A stretch of 64,000 bases of DNA from an uncultured virus (IMG/VR IMGVR_UViG_3300050131_000019) (IMGVR_UViG_3300050131_000019:1-64000); one strand, 5' to 3'; shown: positions 28,901-39,239, numbered from the stretch's first letter. The notes: generated from the letters alone by a model not told the origin. Made by a program: numbers and translations.

Positions 28901-29278
28901 ATGTATACACTCAGTTTGGTACACAATACGGCCTTCCCCGAACCGGGAGAATTTTTCAACAACACTAAGAATGGCGGGGTTCTAACAATGTCTCGTCTTC
29001 GTCGAGAAGTCTTGCGGGCGAGTGTCGAAGGTCTGGAAACTTTCGAGGATAAAAAGTATCGGGGCTGGATTCATCCCTATGTCCTGCACGACGTTCTTAA
29101 TGATGCCTCCTTTAACGGATTAACAGATATTATAGCACGCGGAGAGAAGAAAGACAAAGCATTTGTATCAATAACTCTTGCGGGAGTTGAGTTTATTTCA
29201 ACGACAGACGTTCGGGTCTCTACCTTTATCTTCGGTAAAAACTCTGATCCCCTCGATCTTAAACTTATCTACATCTAA
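28901..29278 (+). CDS. Truncated paralog of the major capsid protein
   Basis: IHPYVLHDVLNDASFNGLTDII versus capsid INPLVVHDIYNDASFNGLTDIM. Confidence 0.8.
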   Translation: MYTLSLVHNTAFPEPGEFFNNTKNGGVLTMSRLRREVLRASVEGLETFEDKKYRGWIHPYVLHDVLNDASFNGLTDIIARGEKKDKAFVSITLAGVEFISTTDVRVSTFIFGKNSDPLDLKLIYI

Positions 29279-29689
29279 AGTAACCAAAATATAGGGTACT
29301 AAAGATTTATTTGAAATGGTTACTATTCTGGCCGGATTTGTGGTATAATAGTACTAGTGACAAAAATGTTTATAGGGGGAGAAGCCTCCCGTAGAAGGCT
29401 CAAATCCTCCCCCATCGATTTAAGTTACCGGAAATATCCGGCTACCCTGCCTCGGGGGTTTGTACTGAGGCACTTTTTGATTCAGGTAATACCTGACCAC
29501 GCGGTTGTTGGAACCGCATCTGAGCAGATGGCGCTGGAGTAACATACTACCCAGGTATCTGCTCAACAATTTGATTCCGGAAAATGGAATCTGCCAAGCC
29601 GCACGTCCGGAGCAACTCCGGGGGATCGGTTGCATTGCAACGGAGGAGGTCGCTCCTCCTCTATCTCTTTTCGAAAAGGAATAAATCTT

Positions 29690-30325
29690 ATGGCCGGTAT
29701 TCTCACTTCTCAATCTATCAAGAATCTTCCCACAGTGCTCCTCACTACCGCTACCGAGACCGCTGTTCTGGTCCCCGCTTCTGGTCTTTACTCTGGCTAC
29801 CCTTCGCCCATTATGCCCGCAGGTTCCGGCTTCGTCCTGATCTCCGATCCGGATGCGCAGTCGAGTAACCCCACGGCGGCTACGCCCACGTATAGCAACG
29901 CTTCATTGGATGGTCAGCCTTTCATCCTTCGTGCAGTGTTCAACGTGAATACGGCGGGTTCATACACCTTCGTTCCCAAGATTTATCAGGTTCCCGCTTC
30001 GGTGGTTGTGAATAATGCTTCGAGCACTCTCGGGTCTTCGACGCTGACGAACGATCACCTGATCGTTACCGGCGCTACCCTGACTATCAGCGGTAAGGGC
30101 CAGTACGTTCTGGAAACCCAGCTTCTGTGGGATTCAGTCTCGGGCAAGCTGAACGGCGTGTTCGATTCGATCACGGATGCTACCTACACGGGTCCTGCTG
30201 CTAATACCGCGCAGCTTACCACGGTCGGTGCGCTTGATTTGAATTTTGTGCTGAGTGTTACTCTAGGAACGGCTAATGCCGCCAATTCTTATACGCTCAA
30301 AGAATTTTCTCTCAACCGCATCTGA
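29690..30325 (+). CDS. Putative virion structural protein, paralog of 50785..51495
   Basis: Thr/Ser-rich. Shares ATET, PF.LR, GQ..L.T..WDSV and EFS motifs. Confidence 0.75.
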   Translation: MAGILTSQSIKNLPTVLLTTATETAVLVPASGLYSGYPSPIMPAGSGFVLISDPDAQSSNPTAATPTYSNASLDGQPFILRAVFNVNTAGSYTFVPKIYQVPASVVVNNASSTLGSSTLTNDHLIVTGATLTISGKGQYVLETQLLWDSVSGKLNGVFDSITDATYTGPAANTAQLTTVGALDLNFVLSVTLGTANAANSYTLKEFSLNRI

Positions 30326-30782
30326 TGAACTAACCACGGGCCTACTTCGGTAGGCCCAGAGGTCTCTATGGAGTTCTTTCTAATCATTGCTTTGCTTATT
30401 GCTCTTGCCCTGTTGTGGCTAGATCGCGCCTCCACTGTTGCAGAACTCAAGACTCTCGCAGCGGGAGTGGTTATCGATATTGAAAATATTGCGGCTAAGG
30501 CCGGTAAGGGTAGTCTCAAGATTGAACTCTCTGCCGCTGTGGAGAAACTTAAAGACAAACTCTGATGGGTAATTTTTACCGGCTGTACCTAGATTCCGTT
30601 AAGCCGGTAAGGTGGGCTGTAGATACCGGCGATCCTTTGTCCTCTAAACACTTTGAAATCGTTATACTTAGTTCTCCGGGATCGACCAACTCTGATCCGG
30701 AACCGGGGCGTATTCCTAAAGTCTGGCTAGAATTTTATGATGCCGAACTCCGGGAAGAAGAAGGGATCGGCTACATCGAGGA

Positions 30783-31544
30783 TTGATGGCTCGGAAGATT
30801 AAGTCGTATTGGTGGACGAGGGTTCCAAACTTTGGAGATGGACTGTCCCCCCTTCTTCTTTCTAGGTTCGCCAATCTGACCCCTGAATGGAGTTCGGTTG
30901 AAGAGGCTTCTGTAGTCTCTATCGGTTCTATTCTGGAGCATATCCCCCCGAATTGGGGTGGTTTTATTCTAGGATCAGGTAAACTCAGAGAAATTTCAGT
31001 TCTTAAGTTCGATCCCAAAGATGTAAAGATTCTCTCCCTTCGGGGGCCGTTATCTGCAAAAGGGATTCCCGGTGATTATTCTCTCGGTGATCCTGGAGTC
31101 TTAGCTAACGAACTAGTCGGACCGCAGGAGAAGCAGTGGGACTTGGGAATAGTTCCTCACTGGCAGGATGATGAACTTGCCGACAGGTTCTTAAAACTTA
31201 TTCCCAGTAAGTTCTCTTGCCGGGTAATTAGCCCTTCATCCGACCCTCTGACTGTAGTTCGGGAGATAGGGGCTTGTAAGAGAATTGTAACATCTTCCTT
31301 ACATGGGATGATTGTAGCAGACTCTTTTGGGGGAATCCCTCGCCGGGTTGAGTCCTGCGATAAGATGAATGTGGACGGTGGGCTATTCAAGTTTAAAGAC
31401 TATAGCGCCTCCATAAAAACAGAGTTTGAAATTGGAAAAATGATTGAGCCGTCACGGTTCCGAGTGGAAGATATTAAATTCAATATCTACGACGCTTACC
31501 GCCAACTCGGAGGTTACCGTGCGCAGAATCTACGAGACCTGTAA
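30783..31544 (+). CDS. Polysaccharide pyruvyl transferase family protein (ExoV-like)
   Basis: NFGD, IGSIL, RGPLS, GDPG, GIVPH, TSSLHGMIVADSFG. Confidence 0.85.
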   Translation: MMARKIKSYWWTRVPNFGDGLSPLLLSRFANLTPEWSSVEEASVVSIGSILEHIPPNWGGFILGSGKLREISVLKFDPKDVKILSLRGPLSAKGIPGDYSLGDPGVLANELVGPQEKQWDLGIVPHWQDDELADRFLKLIPSKFSCRVISPSSDPLTVVREIGACKRIVTSSLHGMIVADSFGGIPRRVESCDKMNVDGGLFKFKDYSASIKTEFEIGKMIEPSRFRVEDIKFNIYDAYRQLGGYRAQNLRDL

Positions 31545-32439
31545 AAGGGTAATTTCCTTCTACCTATCAAAGTTGTTTCATAGGCGGGGATACGGGATCA
31601 GTATCTTGGTTCCTTTATGTTTATCAGATGATGGACCCCGAGCCAGAAACTGGGCTTGGTTACAAGAGTACTGGAGAGAAAACCTTCCCGGTGCTGAAAT
31701 TGTAGTTGGAGAAGACGCGGACGTTAAAAAAGGTCTTGCCTTCTCCAAATCCGTCGCTGTGAATAATGCGGTGAGTAAGGCCCTCGGAGACATCTTTGTA
31801 GTTGTAGATGCCGATGGGTACATTTCGGTTGAGTCAGTCTTGCTCTGTGCTAAAGAGATTCGAACCGAAAGAAAAAGAGGGTACCGGGTCTGGTTCGTTC
31901 CTTACCGCAAATTTTTCCGCTTAACGGAAGAAGCTACGAAGAGGGTTTTAGAATCTGATCCAAAAAATCCCCACAAGTTTTCTATTCCTCCCTCCGATGA
32001 CGAAATTCTAAATAAAGGATTTTATAAAGATAGTCCCGAGGCTTCTATCGGGCACTGGTACGGGGCCTTAATTCAGATTATGTCCCGCGAAGCCTTCGAG
32101 GAAGTCGGAGGATGGGATTCCAGATTTCGTGGATGGGGCGGGGAAGATCATGCGGCGATGCGGGCTATGGATACGCTATACGGCCCTCATAAAACTCTAC
32201 CAAGTCCTGTTCTACATTTATGGCATCCTATTCAATCTTCTACGATAGGGTCTGCCAAAAACAGAGTGTGGAACAATCAGACTTCTGGAAGTGTTAACGA
32301 CGCCCTCTCCGGAAGATATTATTGGTCCCAAGGCAATATCCGGCGTATGCGGAGTCTAGTAGATGAATTTCGGTTTCTCAAAGTAAAAAAGATACAAGAA
32401 GTTCTTCCCGATCCTGTTAATGCAAACTACAGTCGTTAA
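31519..32439 (+). CDS. Glycosyltransferase (GT-A fold, GT2/GT7-like)
   Basis: FSKSVAVN, VVDAD, VGGWDSRFRGWGGED, HLWH. Confidence 0.88.
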   Translation: MRRIYETCKRVISFYLSKLFHRRGYGISILVPLCLSDDGPRARNWAWLQEYWRENLPGAEIVVGEDADVKKGLAFSKSVAVNNAVSKALGDIFVVVDADGYISVESVLLCAKEIRTERKRGYRVWFVPYRKFFRLTEEATKRVLESDPKNPHKFSIPPSDDEILNKGFYKDSPEASIGHWYGALIQIMSREAFEEVGGWDSRFRGWGGEDHAAMRAMDTLYGPHKTLPSPVLHLWHPIQSSTIGSAKNRVWNNQTSGSVNDALSGRYYWSQGNIRRMRSLVDEFRFLKVKKIQEVLPDPVNANYSR

Positions 32440-32453
32440 GTTAAAGAGGTTCT

Positions 32454-32813
32454 ATGGCAGCGGCAACAGCCTTCACGATCACAATTTCCACAATCTCATC
32501 CGGCCCCTTCAGCTTGGCGACACTCCTAAGTACGGGCGTTGCTCCTTCGGGCTGTACCCTCGGGGTTGGGGCCGTTATCACGCCTTACACCGCTAAACCT
32601 ATTGCCTATGTCAGCTTCCAGAATGTGAGCGGCGGAACCCTGTACCTCGGGGATTCTACTCTTACTGGAAGTACTAACATGGGCATTTCTATTCCTACAG
32701 GGGGAGTAGAGCAGATTGTTCCCGGTCGTGGCGGCTCGGCGTGGGCCAACTTTATTTACTTCAATGCTAGCGCAGCAACGGTAGTTAATATCACTGTGAT
32801 CTACGGAACCTAG
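32454..32813 (+). CDS. Small beta-rich putative structural protein
   Basis: FQNVSGGTLYLGD, SD GAGG. Confidence 0.65.
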   Translation: MAAATAFTITISTISSGPFSLATLLSTGVAPSGCTLGVGAVITPYTAKPIAYVSFQNVSGGTLYLGDSTLTGSTNMGISIPTGGVEQIVPGRGGSAWANFIYFNASAATVVNITVIYGT

Positions 32814-32968
32814 AGGACGGATGAAAAAGCTGCTTCTGTTCCTGTTCTTTAGTACCGTTTGCTTTGCACAGTCGAGCATCACCGCATCCAACACGGTAGG
32901 TATCTTTCGTAGGCGCTGCAACGCCCTCCCGTAAAACAAAAATCTTAAAAAAGTGAAATAGGTGAACC

Positions 32969-33289
32969 GTGGCAGATTCCGAGAAGTCCCTCAAGAAACC
33001 CGAGAAGTCCAAGAAGAAAAGTTCTTCCAAGAAAAAGCGTCATAAAATCCGGTCCATACATATTCAACCTACTGATAATAATGGTTTTATCGCAACTCAT
33101 GAACACGAACCAGACGAGGATGACGAGACAGGCCAAGCCCCTCCTTCTACTATTCACGCTCTTGGTAACCTCGACCAACTTCACCAGCACTTGGATGACA
33201 CGCTCGGCGGCGCACCGGGCGGCGGACAAGCTCCCCCGGCTGCTCAAGAGGCCCCTCCAGCGGCTGCTGGCGGAATGGCAGGAATGTAA
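32969..33289 (+). CDS. Hypothetical protein with basic N-terminus
   Basis: Packed ORF with SD AGGTG. Confidence 0.7.
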   Translation: MADSEKSLKKPEKSKKKSSSKKKRHKIRSIHIQPTDNNGFIATHEHEPDEDDETGQAPPSTIHALGNLDQLHQHLDDTLGGAPGGGQAPPAAQEAPPAAAGGMAGM

Positions 33290-33423
33290 TGCCTTTAGCT
33301 AAAGGTAAAAGCAACAAGACGGTCGGTAAAAATATTAAGACAGAAATTCTGTCAGGCCGTCCGCAGAAACAGGCAGTTGCGATTGCGCTCAATACAGCGG
33401 GTCGCGGAAGGAAAAAGAAATGA
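33289..33423 (+). CDS. Small basic phage protein (44 aa, below the ORF-track cutoff)
   Basis: MPLAKGKSNKTVGKNIKTE..GRPQKQAVAIAL. Confidence 0.75.
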   Translation: MPLAKGKSNKTVGKNIKTEILSGRPQKQAVAIALNTAGRGRKKK

Positions 33424-33539
33424 AGAAGCCTGAGAAGCCCTCGAAGGGCAACAAGCCTGAAATCAAATTGAAAATCAAGGCAAAAGGTAGTCCCGAAGCT
33501 GTCAAGGCTGCGGTAAAGAAGATCGTTAAGTAGGGACCA

Positions 33540-35531
33540 GTGGACCTAGACGAATTTTACAGCAAGCACGGAGAAAATCCAGATTGGTCCTCGGTAGACG
33601 CCCTAGACTTTTACCTTCTCGTAGATAGTAAGAGGGCAGAGTTCCAAGCTCTTGCGGACGAAGGAATCCTCAATCAGCACTATCTCTGGGAGCCTATCCG
33701 CCGTAGGACAATTACTGATCTGTACTTTCTGTCCCTCTGCTGCTGGGACTCAATGCCAGATGGCGGAATAGAAGTTCCACTATCCGAGAACGTAATGAAC
33801 CTAGAAAATCACAAAGAGATGATTTCTATGTTCGTAAAGAAAGACCCTGATCTAAGCTTATCGAAACAAAAGGGTTTCAAGACTAGACTTATATTATACC
33901 CCCGTGGTACCCAGAAGTCGAGTTGGGATTATCTTGATTTGGTTCAGTGGATTCTTCTAGATCACACCGTTAGGATTCTGGTACTTACCGCCGCTGACGA
34001 TATGGCGGGCGACACTGTAGATTTAATCAAGGGCTATTTCTTTATAAGAGAGTCCTTTGTAAGCCTCATGAATCTTTTCTGGCCGGAACACTGCCTACTA
34101 GAGAAGGATTCAGGCAAGTCGGGTGACTTTACTACCCCGATGTGGACCAGAAAGCAGATCACCCGCAAAGAGCCTACCATCATGGCTCGTGGTATTACCG
34201 CCACTATAAGTGGATATCACTTTGAGATCATAGCGGGAGACGATGCAGTTTCCGACAGAAACTCTTTGACCACGGAACAGTGCGCTGCTGTAAAGAAAAG
34301 ATACTATCTCACTCGTAAAACTCTTCGCTCTTTCGGTTTCACCAATCTCGTCGGGACTCGCTACCATGAGGACGATCTTTATGGGGATATAATCTCCAAG
34401 ACGCAGGTAGGAAATTTCAAGGCAGAGAGCATCAATCTCTGTACAAAGAAAGTTACAAACGTCGAAAAGGGTATGGATATCCTGATCGGCGCGGCGATGC
34501 AGATCAAGTTAGACTGTTCCGCCGAACTAGCTAAGTTCAATATCCCTCGTCGAGATTGGTTTAGAAAAGCAGGACGGCTGGGTGTAGAACTAGTCATGCC
34601 GGGTAACCCCCACCTGACTTATGATAAGTGGCTAGGCGACTACGAAGATGATCCCGAGACCTTCGAGGCGCAGATGAACCAGAATTGCTTGAGCGCAGTT
34701 GCCTCCGTCTTTACTGAAGAGCTTCTCCTCAAAGCAGTTATACACTGGAACGAACTTCCAGTTATGGGTAGACGCTCAATTGCGTTTGACCTTAACGGCG
34801 GTAAAGGTAAAAAAGATAATGACTTCGTTGTAGGTAATTGCTGTTTATGGGACGACAAGGGCATAGGCTATATTATTGATCTAGTTAGGGATGTATTTCC
34901 TAATCCCACAGCAATAGCCAAAGCCGTAGTAACATTTTGTACCAAACACCACCCGGACATCCTGAGTATTGAAGACGCTCTCGGTTCTAGAATGCTTCAG
35001 CCCACTATAGAGGCAGAAGCAGATAAGTATAGAAATCCTAGAACCGGGGAACCAGACGAGTTCGTGAAAAATCTGGTAAGGCGCATACACTGGAGTCCGA
35101 TAGACACTAGAGAAGACTCTAAACGAAATAGAATCAACTCCCTCCAACCTTTACTGATGTATGGCCGGATGCGATTCGTGAACTACCTCCCGTACATGGA
35201 TCAACTCAAAACTGAGTTTGTCCGGAAGATTACACGCGGGAGTAAAAATGATATTCCAGATTCGATAAGTCTCCAAATTCCTTTCATGCCTGTTCCAGCC
35301 GCTACTCCTCAGTCGCAAGAAGACAAAGACAAACGGGAGCAAGAACTGAGAAAGCAGCAGCAGGAAGTCCGAGACAAATCAGCTTGGAATCAAATGTTCG
35401 AAGACAGGAATAATATCTGGTATGAAAATCCTGCTCCTCCACAGCAGCAAGAGTACTTGTTAGATGATTATCAGCAGCCGTCTCACGAGGAGGGACTCGA
35501 TAACATCCTCGGAGCGGGTTTAATAGGATAA
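33540..35531 (+). CDS. terL: Terminase large subunit
   Basis: LILYPRGTQKSS (Walker A-like), GYHFEIIAGDD (Walker B), VGTRY, nuclease motifs AFDL..D and KNDIPD. Confidence 0.9.
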   Translation: MDLDEFYSKHGENPDWSSVDALDFYLLVDSKRAEFQALADEGILNQHYLWEPIRRRTITDLYFLSLCCWDSMPDGGIEVPLSENVMNLENHKEMISMFVKKDPDLSLSKQKGFKTRLILYPRGTQKSSWDYLDLVQWILLDHTVRILVLTAADDMAGDTVDLIKGYFFIRESFVSLMNLFWPEHCLLEKDSGKSGDFTTPMWTRKQITRKEPTIMARGITATISGYHFEIIAGDDAVSDRNSLTTEQCAAVKKRYYLTRKTLRSFGFTNLVGTRYHEDDLYGDIISKTQVGNFKAESINLCTKKVTNVEKGMDILIGAAMQIKLDCSAELAKFNIPRRDWFRKAGRLGVELVMPGNPHLTYDKWLGDYEDDPETFEAQMNQNCLSAVASVFTEELLLKAVIHWNELPVMGRRSIAFDLNGGKGKKDNDFVVGNCCLWDDKGIGYIIDLVRDVFPNPTAIAKAVVTFCTKHHPDILSIEDALGSRMLQPTIEAEADKYRNPRTGEPDEFVKNLVRRIHWSPIDTREDSKRNRINSLQPLLMYGRMRFVNYLPYMDQLKTEFVRKITRGSKNDIPDSISLQIPFMPVPAATPQSQEDKDKREQELRKQQQEVRDKSAWNQMFEDRNNIWYENPAPPQQQEYLLDDYQQPSHEEGLDNILGAGLIG

Positions 35532-35575
35532 CCTTAAGACTCGGATTAGAGAACTTTTGAGTCGGAAAAGGCAAT

Positions 35576-36289
35576 ATGGCACAGGTAGGTTTTGCGATAG
35601 GACTCCCTTTTGGCGGTCGTCTGGTCCACCCTAAGTGGGCGGTTAGCCTAAAGACGATGGATTTTCCAGTTAATACCACGCAATCAATAATCATGATCGA
35701 GGGTAAGGAAGTAACAGAAGCCCGGAACATGATTGCGAAAGCAGCGATAGAATCCAAGTGCAAGTATCTGTGGTTTCTAGACGATGACGTTATCTCCCCC
35801 CGCTATGCAGTGCAGTACCTCGGATATCTTCTCGACCAGAACGAAGATGAAGGCGTGATGGTATCCACAGGGATTTACTGTACGAAGACAGTTCCCCCGG
35901 CTCCCGTTATTTACCGTAGGGAAAGTAGCGGGGCGTTCTGGGACTGGAGTCTGAACGAGGTCTTTGATATAGATGAGTGTGGCGCAGGCTGCATGTTAAT
36001 CAATATGAAGGTTTTCGATCACCTTGAGTATCCATATTTCCGGGATACAACGGAATATAAAAACGGCGAAGATGGCCCAGTAATGCACGCTACCAGCGAA
36101 GACATCTATTTCTGTCGTTCGGTAAAAGAAAAAGGATTCAGGATTCAGGCTCACGGAACCGTTTTGTGCGCCCACTACGACAACAAAAGCAATAGCTTCT
36201 TTACTCTTCCGGAAGACAGCAAGCCTGTCAAGCTAGCCCGAAAGAAAGAAGAAGCTGAAGCTAAACTTGGAATTTTAAAGGACATCTAA
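35576..36289 (+). CDS. Glycosyltransferase-like protein (GT-A fold)
   Basis: ARN, WFLDDD, GAGCMLI, SEDIYFC. Confidence 0.82.
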   Translation: MAQVGFAIGLPFGGRLVHPKWAVSLKTMDFPVNTTQSIIMIEGKEVTEARNMIAKAAIESKCKYLWFLDDDVISPRYAVQYLGYLLDQNEDEGVMVSTGIYCTKTVPPAPVIYRRESSGAFWDWSLNEVFDIDECGAGCMLINMKVFDHLEYPYFRDTTEYKNGEDGPVMHATSEDIYFCRSVKEKGFRIQAHGTVLCAHYDNKSNSFFTLPEDSKPVKLARKKEEAEAKLGILKDI

Positions 36290-36609
36290 TGGCAGGCGAA
36301 ATCATCCAACTTTCCGAAGACCTTATGCACCCGAGAAACTACGTTGCCCCTTCTGCGGATAACGACAGGACCGAAGGCAAGGGTAAAGGCCAGATCGCTA
36401 CTCAGGGTCTGGATCAGATTTATAACAACGATGCACAGTCTAAGGGCGGTCCCGGCGATCCCGGAGTCTGGGGCGGTGCGGAACAGTCGGTTAACAAGTC
36501 TACAGCCGAAGCGGGTACTTCGGTTGCTCCCGAGTACTTTAATGACTTTACTACAGGTCAGTGGGGCTGCAAATCAGAGGCTCGTGTCAAGGGCGTTAAT
36601 CCCCGGTAA
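36289..36609 (+). CDS. Hypothetical protein
   Basis: TAATG coupling, SD AAGG. Confidence 0.65.
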   Translation: MAGEIIQLSEDLMHPRNYVAPSADNDRTEGKGKGQIATQGLDQIYNNDAQSKGGPGDPGVWGGAEQSVNKSTAEAGTSVAPEYFNDFTTGQWGCKSEARVKGVNPR

Positions 36610-36670
36610 CCGTTCAGTTACTTTACAGACTGTCACCGTTCGGTTCCATTTTCCGGAATACTAGGTACCC

Positions 36671-38752
36671 ATGTCTCAGATCGATCCAGCAAACACGCTA
36701 GCAGATACACTAACTGAAGAGCAGATCGCCCAAATTCTCCAAACAGGGAAGTGGGCACCTGACCCTGCTCTTACTCTAGTGCTCCGGGATACCGATAGTG
36801 CCGAAACCGCGAAGGCGGCTAAGCAGTGGATCGCGGGGTGGAATTCTGCTAGCATTCTGTACCAGTCTACGACTACTCCTAAATTTTGGGAAGGCACACA
36901 AGTAGAACGGGCTAATGTTCCCTTCTACACCGTGGCTAAAGTTGTGAACTCATTGACGCCTCAAATTGTCAATGGGCTTTTTTATGACGATCCTCCTTTC
37001 ATTTTTCAGCCTCGTCCGGGGACAAGTCAAGATACTGTAGAAGCCGTAGCAGATATCATTGGATACCAACTCAAAGAAATTGGGTTCAAAGAACAAGTCC
37101 GTCTCGGAGTAATGAACGTAGTTCTTTACGGAACGAACATCTGGAAGTGGGGATGGGACAGTAAGAAGATTTCTCGTACATACTTCGCCTTGGACGAAAA
37201 GAAGGATACTATTCCTTCGGAAATTCCGGGCCAGCCTGATGTAGAATTCCACGATCCGAACGCCCCACTAGTTGAAAGAACCGAAGAAATCCGCGTTGAG
37301 CAGCCCCGGTTCGAAAATATCACGTCTATCCGAGACGTTTTGGTTGATCCTACGCTTCGGGTACCCGATATTACCAAGGGAAAGTTTGTAATCCACAGGC
37401 TGTATCTCACTTATAATGAGCTAATTGCCCTCAAAGATACCCCCGGATACGACATTCCAAGCGAGCAAGAAGTCATTTCTTGGTTCACACCCCCGGAAGA
37501 AACTGCCCTTCCGGATATGGATGAACGTACCGGAATCAGCCCAATGTGGGATATGCGGGCCGATCCGAGGTGGGAAAAGGCTACAATTGATCCATTTAAT
37601 CAGCCTTTAGAGGTTTTAGAGCGTTGGGACAAAGAAAAAGTCATAATCGTAGTCCAGCGCAAGAAAGTTATCTGTAACGGAAAGAATCCTTACTCCGAAA
37701 TTCCCTTCCTTTCCTGTAATTTTTGGGATGTACCCGGAGCGTTTTACGGCCTCGGCGTGGGTCGGACGGTTGGTTCTGAGCAGCGTTTGCAGATGGGAAT
37801 CGTCAATACTTGGCTTGATTCCGTCGCTCTCTCCCTCTCTGGTGTATACGTTAGGAAGCGTACCAATAGTATTCCTACCCAGAGTATCCGGATTTCACCG
37901 GGCAGGGTTGTTGAACTAGAGAATGTAGAAGACCTGAAGCCTCTCGCCCGTCCTCCGGCTGTCCCGGAAGCGGCGGAGCACCTCGGAATGTCCGCGAGTC
38001 GTGTAGAGCAGAACTCTGGTGCCGGTGAAATATCTTCACAGGGTCAAGCGGGGTCTTCAGGACATAGTAACATCGCTCGTACCGCGACCGGAGCGGCGGG
38101 GCTTCTCCAAGGGCAAGGTATTGGAATCTCAGACCTCGTTGAAAAGTTTTCGTGCAACGTATTCCTTCCCTTCCTTTACCGCGTGATGGAGATGAACAGA
38201 AATCTCCTCCCGGCAGAGACAATTAAAAGAATCTTGAATGATGAACTCCAGAAGGCTTATCTCGCAGAAGGCACAGGAACTATTGAAGACATCCGTAAGG
38301 CCCGGATGGAGATCGAGATTCAGGCCGGGGCTAAACTCGCAGATCGTAGGGCGGTAAGCGCGAGTCTTCCCCTCCTAACCTCGTATCTCGGACAGCAGTT
38401 TGTTGTTCAAAACCTCGCTACGCAGGGACTCAAAGTAGATCAGAAGATGGTCGTTAAGACGATCTTTGAAGCTGCTGGATTCAAGAGCTTCTATAGTCTG
38501 ATTGTTCCAATGACCGATCAGGAAAAACAGCAGTCGCAAGCTAACTCTCCCGCCGCTATGAACCAATCCAAGATTCAGGCAGAATCGCAGATGGCTCTCC
38601 AGAAATATCAGGCGCAGTCCCAGCTTAGGGATCAAGAGAATATAGCTAAGGCAGGTATGGAAGTACTCCGGAAAAATCTCGAAGCCACTAGTACCCCCGA
38701 GGCGATGACTGGTCAGGTTGGGGCGAACGAGGGATTCGGATCAAATTTATAA
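36671..38752 (+). CDS. Portal protein
   Basis: 693 aa, follows TerL. Motifs NPY..PF..PGAFYGLGVG and RTATG, Gln-rich C-terminus. Confidence 0.88.
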   Translation: MSQIDPANTLADTLTEEQIAQILQTGKWAPDPALTLVLRDTDSAETAKAAKQWIAGWNSASILYQSTTTPKFWEGTQVERANVPFYTVAKVVNSLTPQIVNGLFYDDPPFIFQPRPGTSQDTVEAVADIIGYQLKEIGFKEQVRLGVMNVVLYGTNIWKWGWDSKKISRTYFALDEKKDTIPSEIPGQPDVEFHDPNAPLVERTEEIRVEQPRFENITSIRDVLVDPTLRVPDITKGKFVIHRLYLTYNELIALKDTPGYDIPSEQEVISWFTPPEETALPDMDERTGISPMWDMRADPRWEKATIDPFNQPLEVLERWDKEKVIIVVQRKKVICNGKNPYSEIPFLSCNFWDVPGAFYGLGVGRTVGSEQRLQMGIVNTWLDSVALSLSGVYVRKRTNSIPTQSIRISPGRVVELENVEDLKPLARPPAVPEAAEHLGMSASRVEQNSGAGEISSQGQAGSSGHSNIARTATGAAGLLQGQGIGISDLVEKFSCNVFLPFLYRVMEMNRNLLPAETIKRILNDELQKAYLAEGTGTIEDIRKARMEIEIQAGAKLADRRAVSASLPLLTSYLGQQFVVQNLATQGLKVDQKMVVKTIFEAAGFKSFYSLIVPMTDQEKQQSQANSPAAMNQSKIQAESQMALQKYQAQSQLRDQENIAKAGMEVLRKNLEATSTPEAMTGQVGANEGFGSNL

Positions 38753-38753
38753 C

Positions 38754-38782
38754 TTGACAGGACACCCTATTTGTAGTATAAT
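38754..38782 (+). promoter_or_regulatory. Consensus sigma70 promoter
   Basis: TTGACA-17-TATAAT. Confidence 0.8.
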
Positions 38783-38802
38783 GTATTTAAGATAAAGGAC
38801 CC

Positions 38803-39075
38803 ATGAAAACTCTCTCCTCCGCTGTAGCTTTTCTAATCCTATTTGCTATACTCGGTGGAGTTTTCGCCGTGTATCAGTACAATGTTCTTGTCAACGATAT
38901 GAACGTAGAATTCTCAGTCCAACAGAAACAGATTCTGAGTCTTGAGAAACAGGTACGCGATCTTCAGAAACAGAAACCAGTAAATAAGTTTTACCTCATG
39001 CCCCCCTCTCCACAGGCCCAGACTACGGAAAAGCCTAGTTCGTATAGCCCCGACCAATATACTTCTAGCCGCTAG
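38803..39075 (+). CDS. Membrane-anchored coiled-coil protein
   Basis: N-terminal hydrophobic helix, own promoter and SD. Confidence 0.7.
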   Translation: MKTLSSAVAFLILFAILGGVFAVYQYNVLVNDMNVEFSVQQKQILSLEKQVRDLQKQKPVNKFYLMPPSPQAQTTEKPSSYSPDQYTSSR

Positions 39076-39239
39076 TGGAAAGTGGAATATGGACCCCCGA
39101 ATCCAGCTACTTGCTATACTTGAGAACATGCGCCACTTATTTGGGTCTACCTCTCCCCAGTTCTCTTACTGGAAAAGACGAGTAAATTCTGCTCTAGTGG
39201 ATGATAAAGACCTATTTATTCTGTTGAAAAATACCCAGG

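Noticed and set aside
29357..29689. ORFs 29357..29542, 29420..29713 and the 29630 start
   Set aside because: No SD or protein-like features. The region is better explained as structured RNA, and the next gene fits ATG 29690 with AAGGA.
30322..30360. Hammerhead-like CTGATGA followed by a hairpin
   Set aside because: No GAAA core after the stem and no stem I/III pairing. It is a stop codon plus a TTCG hairpin without a U tract.
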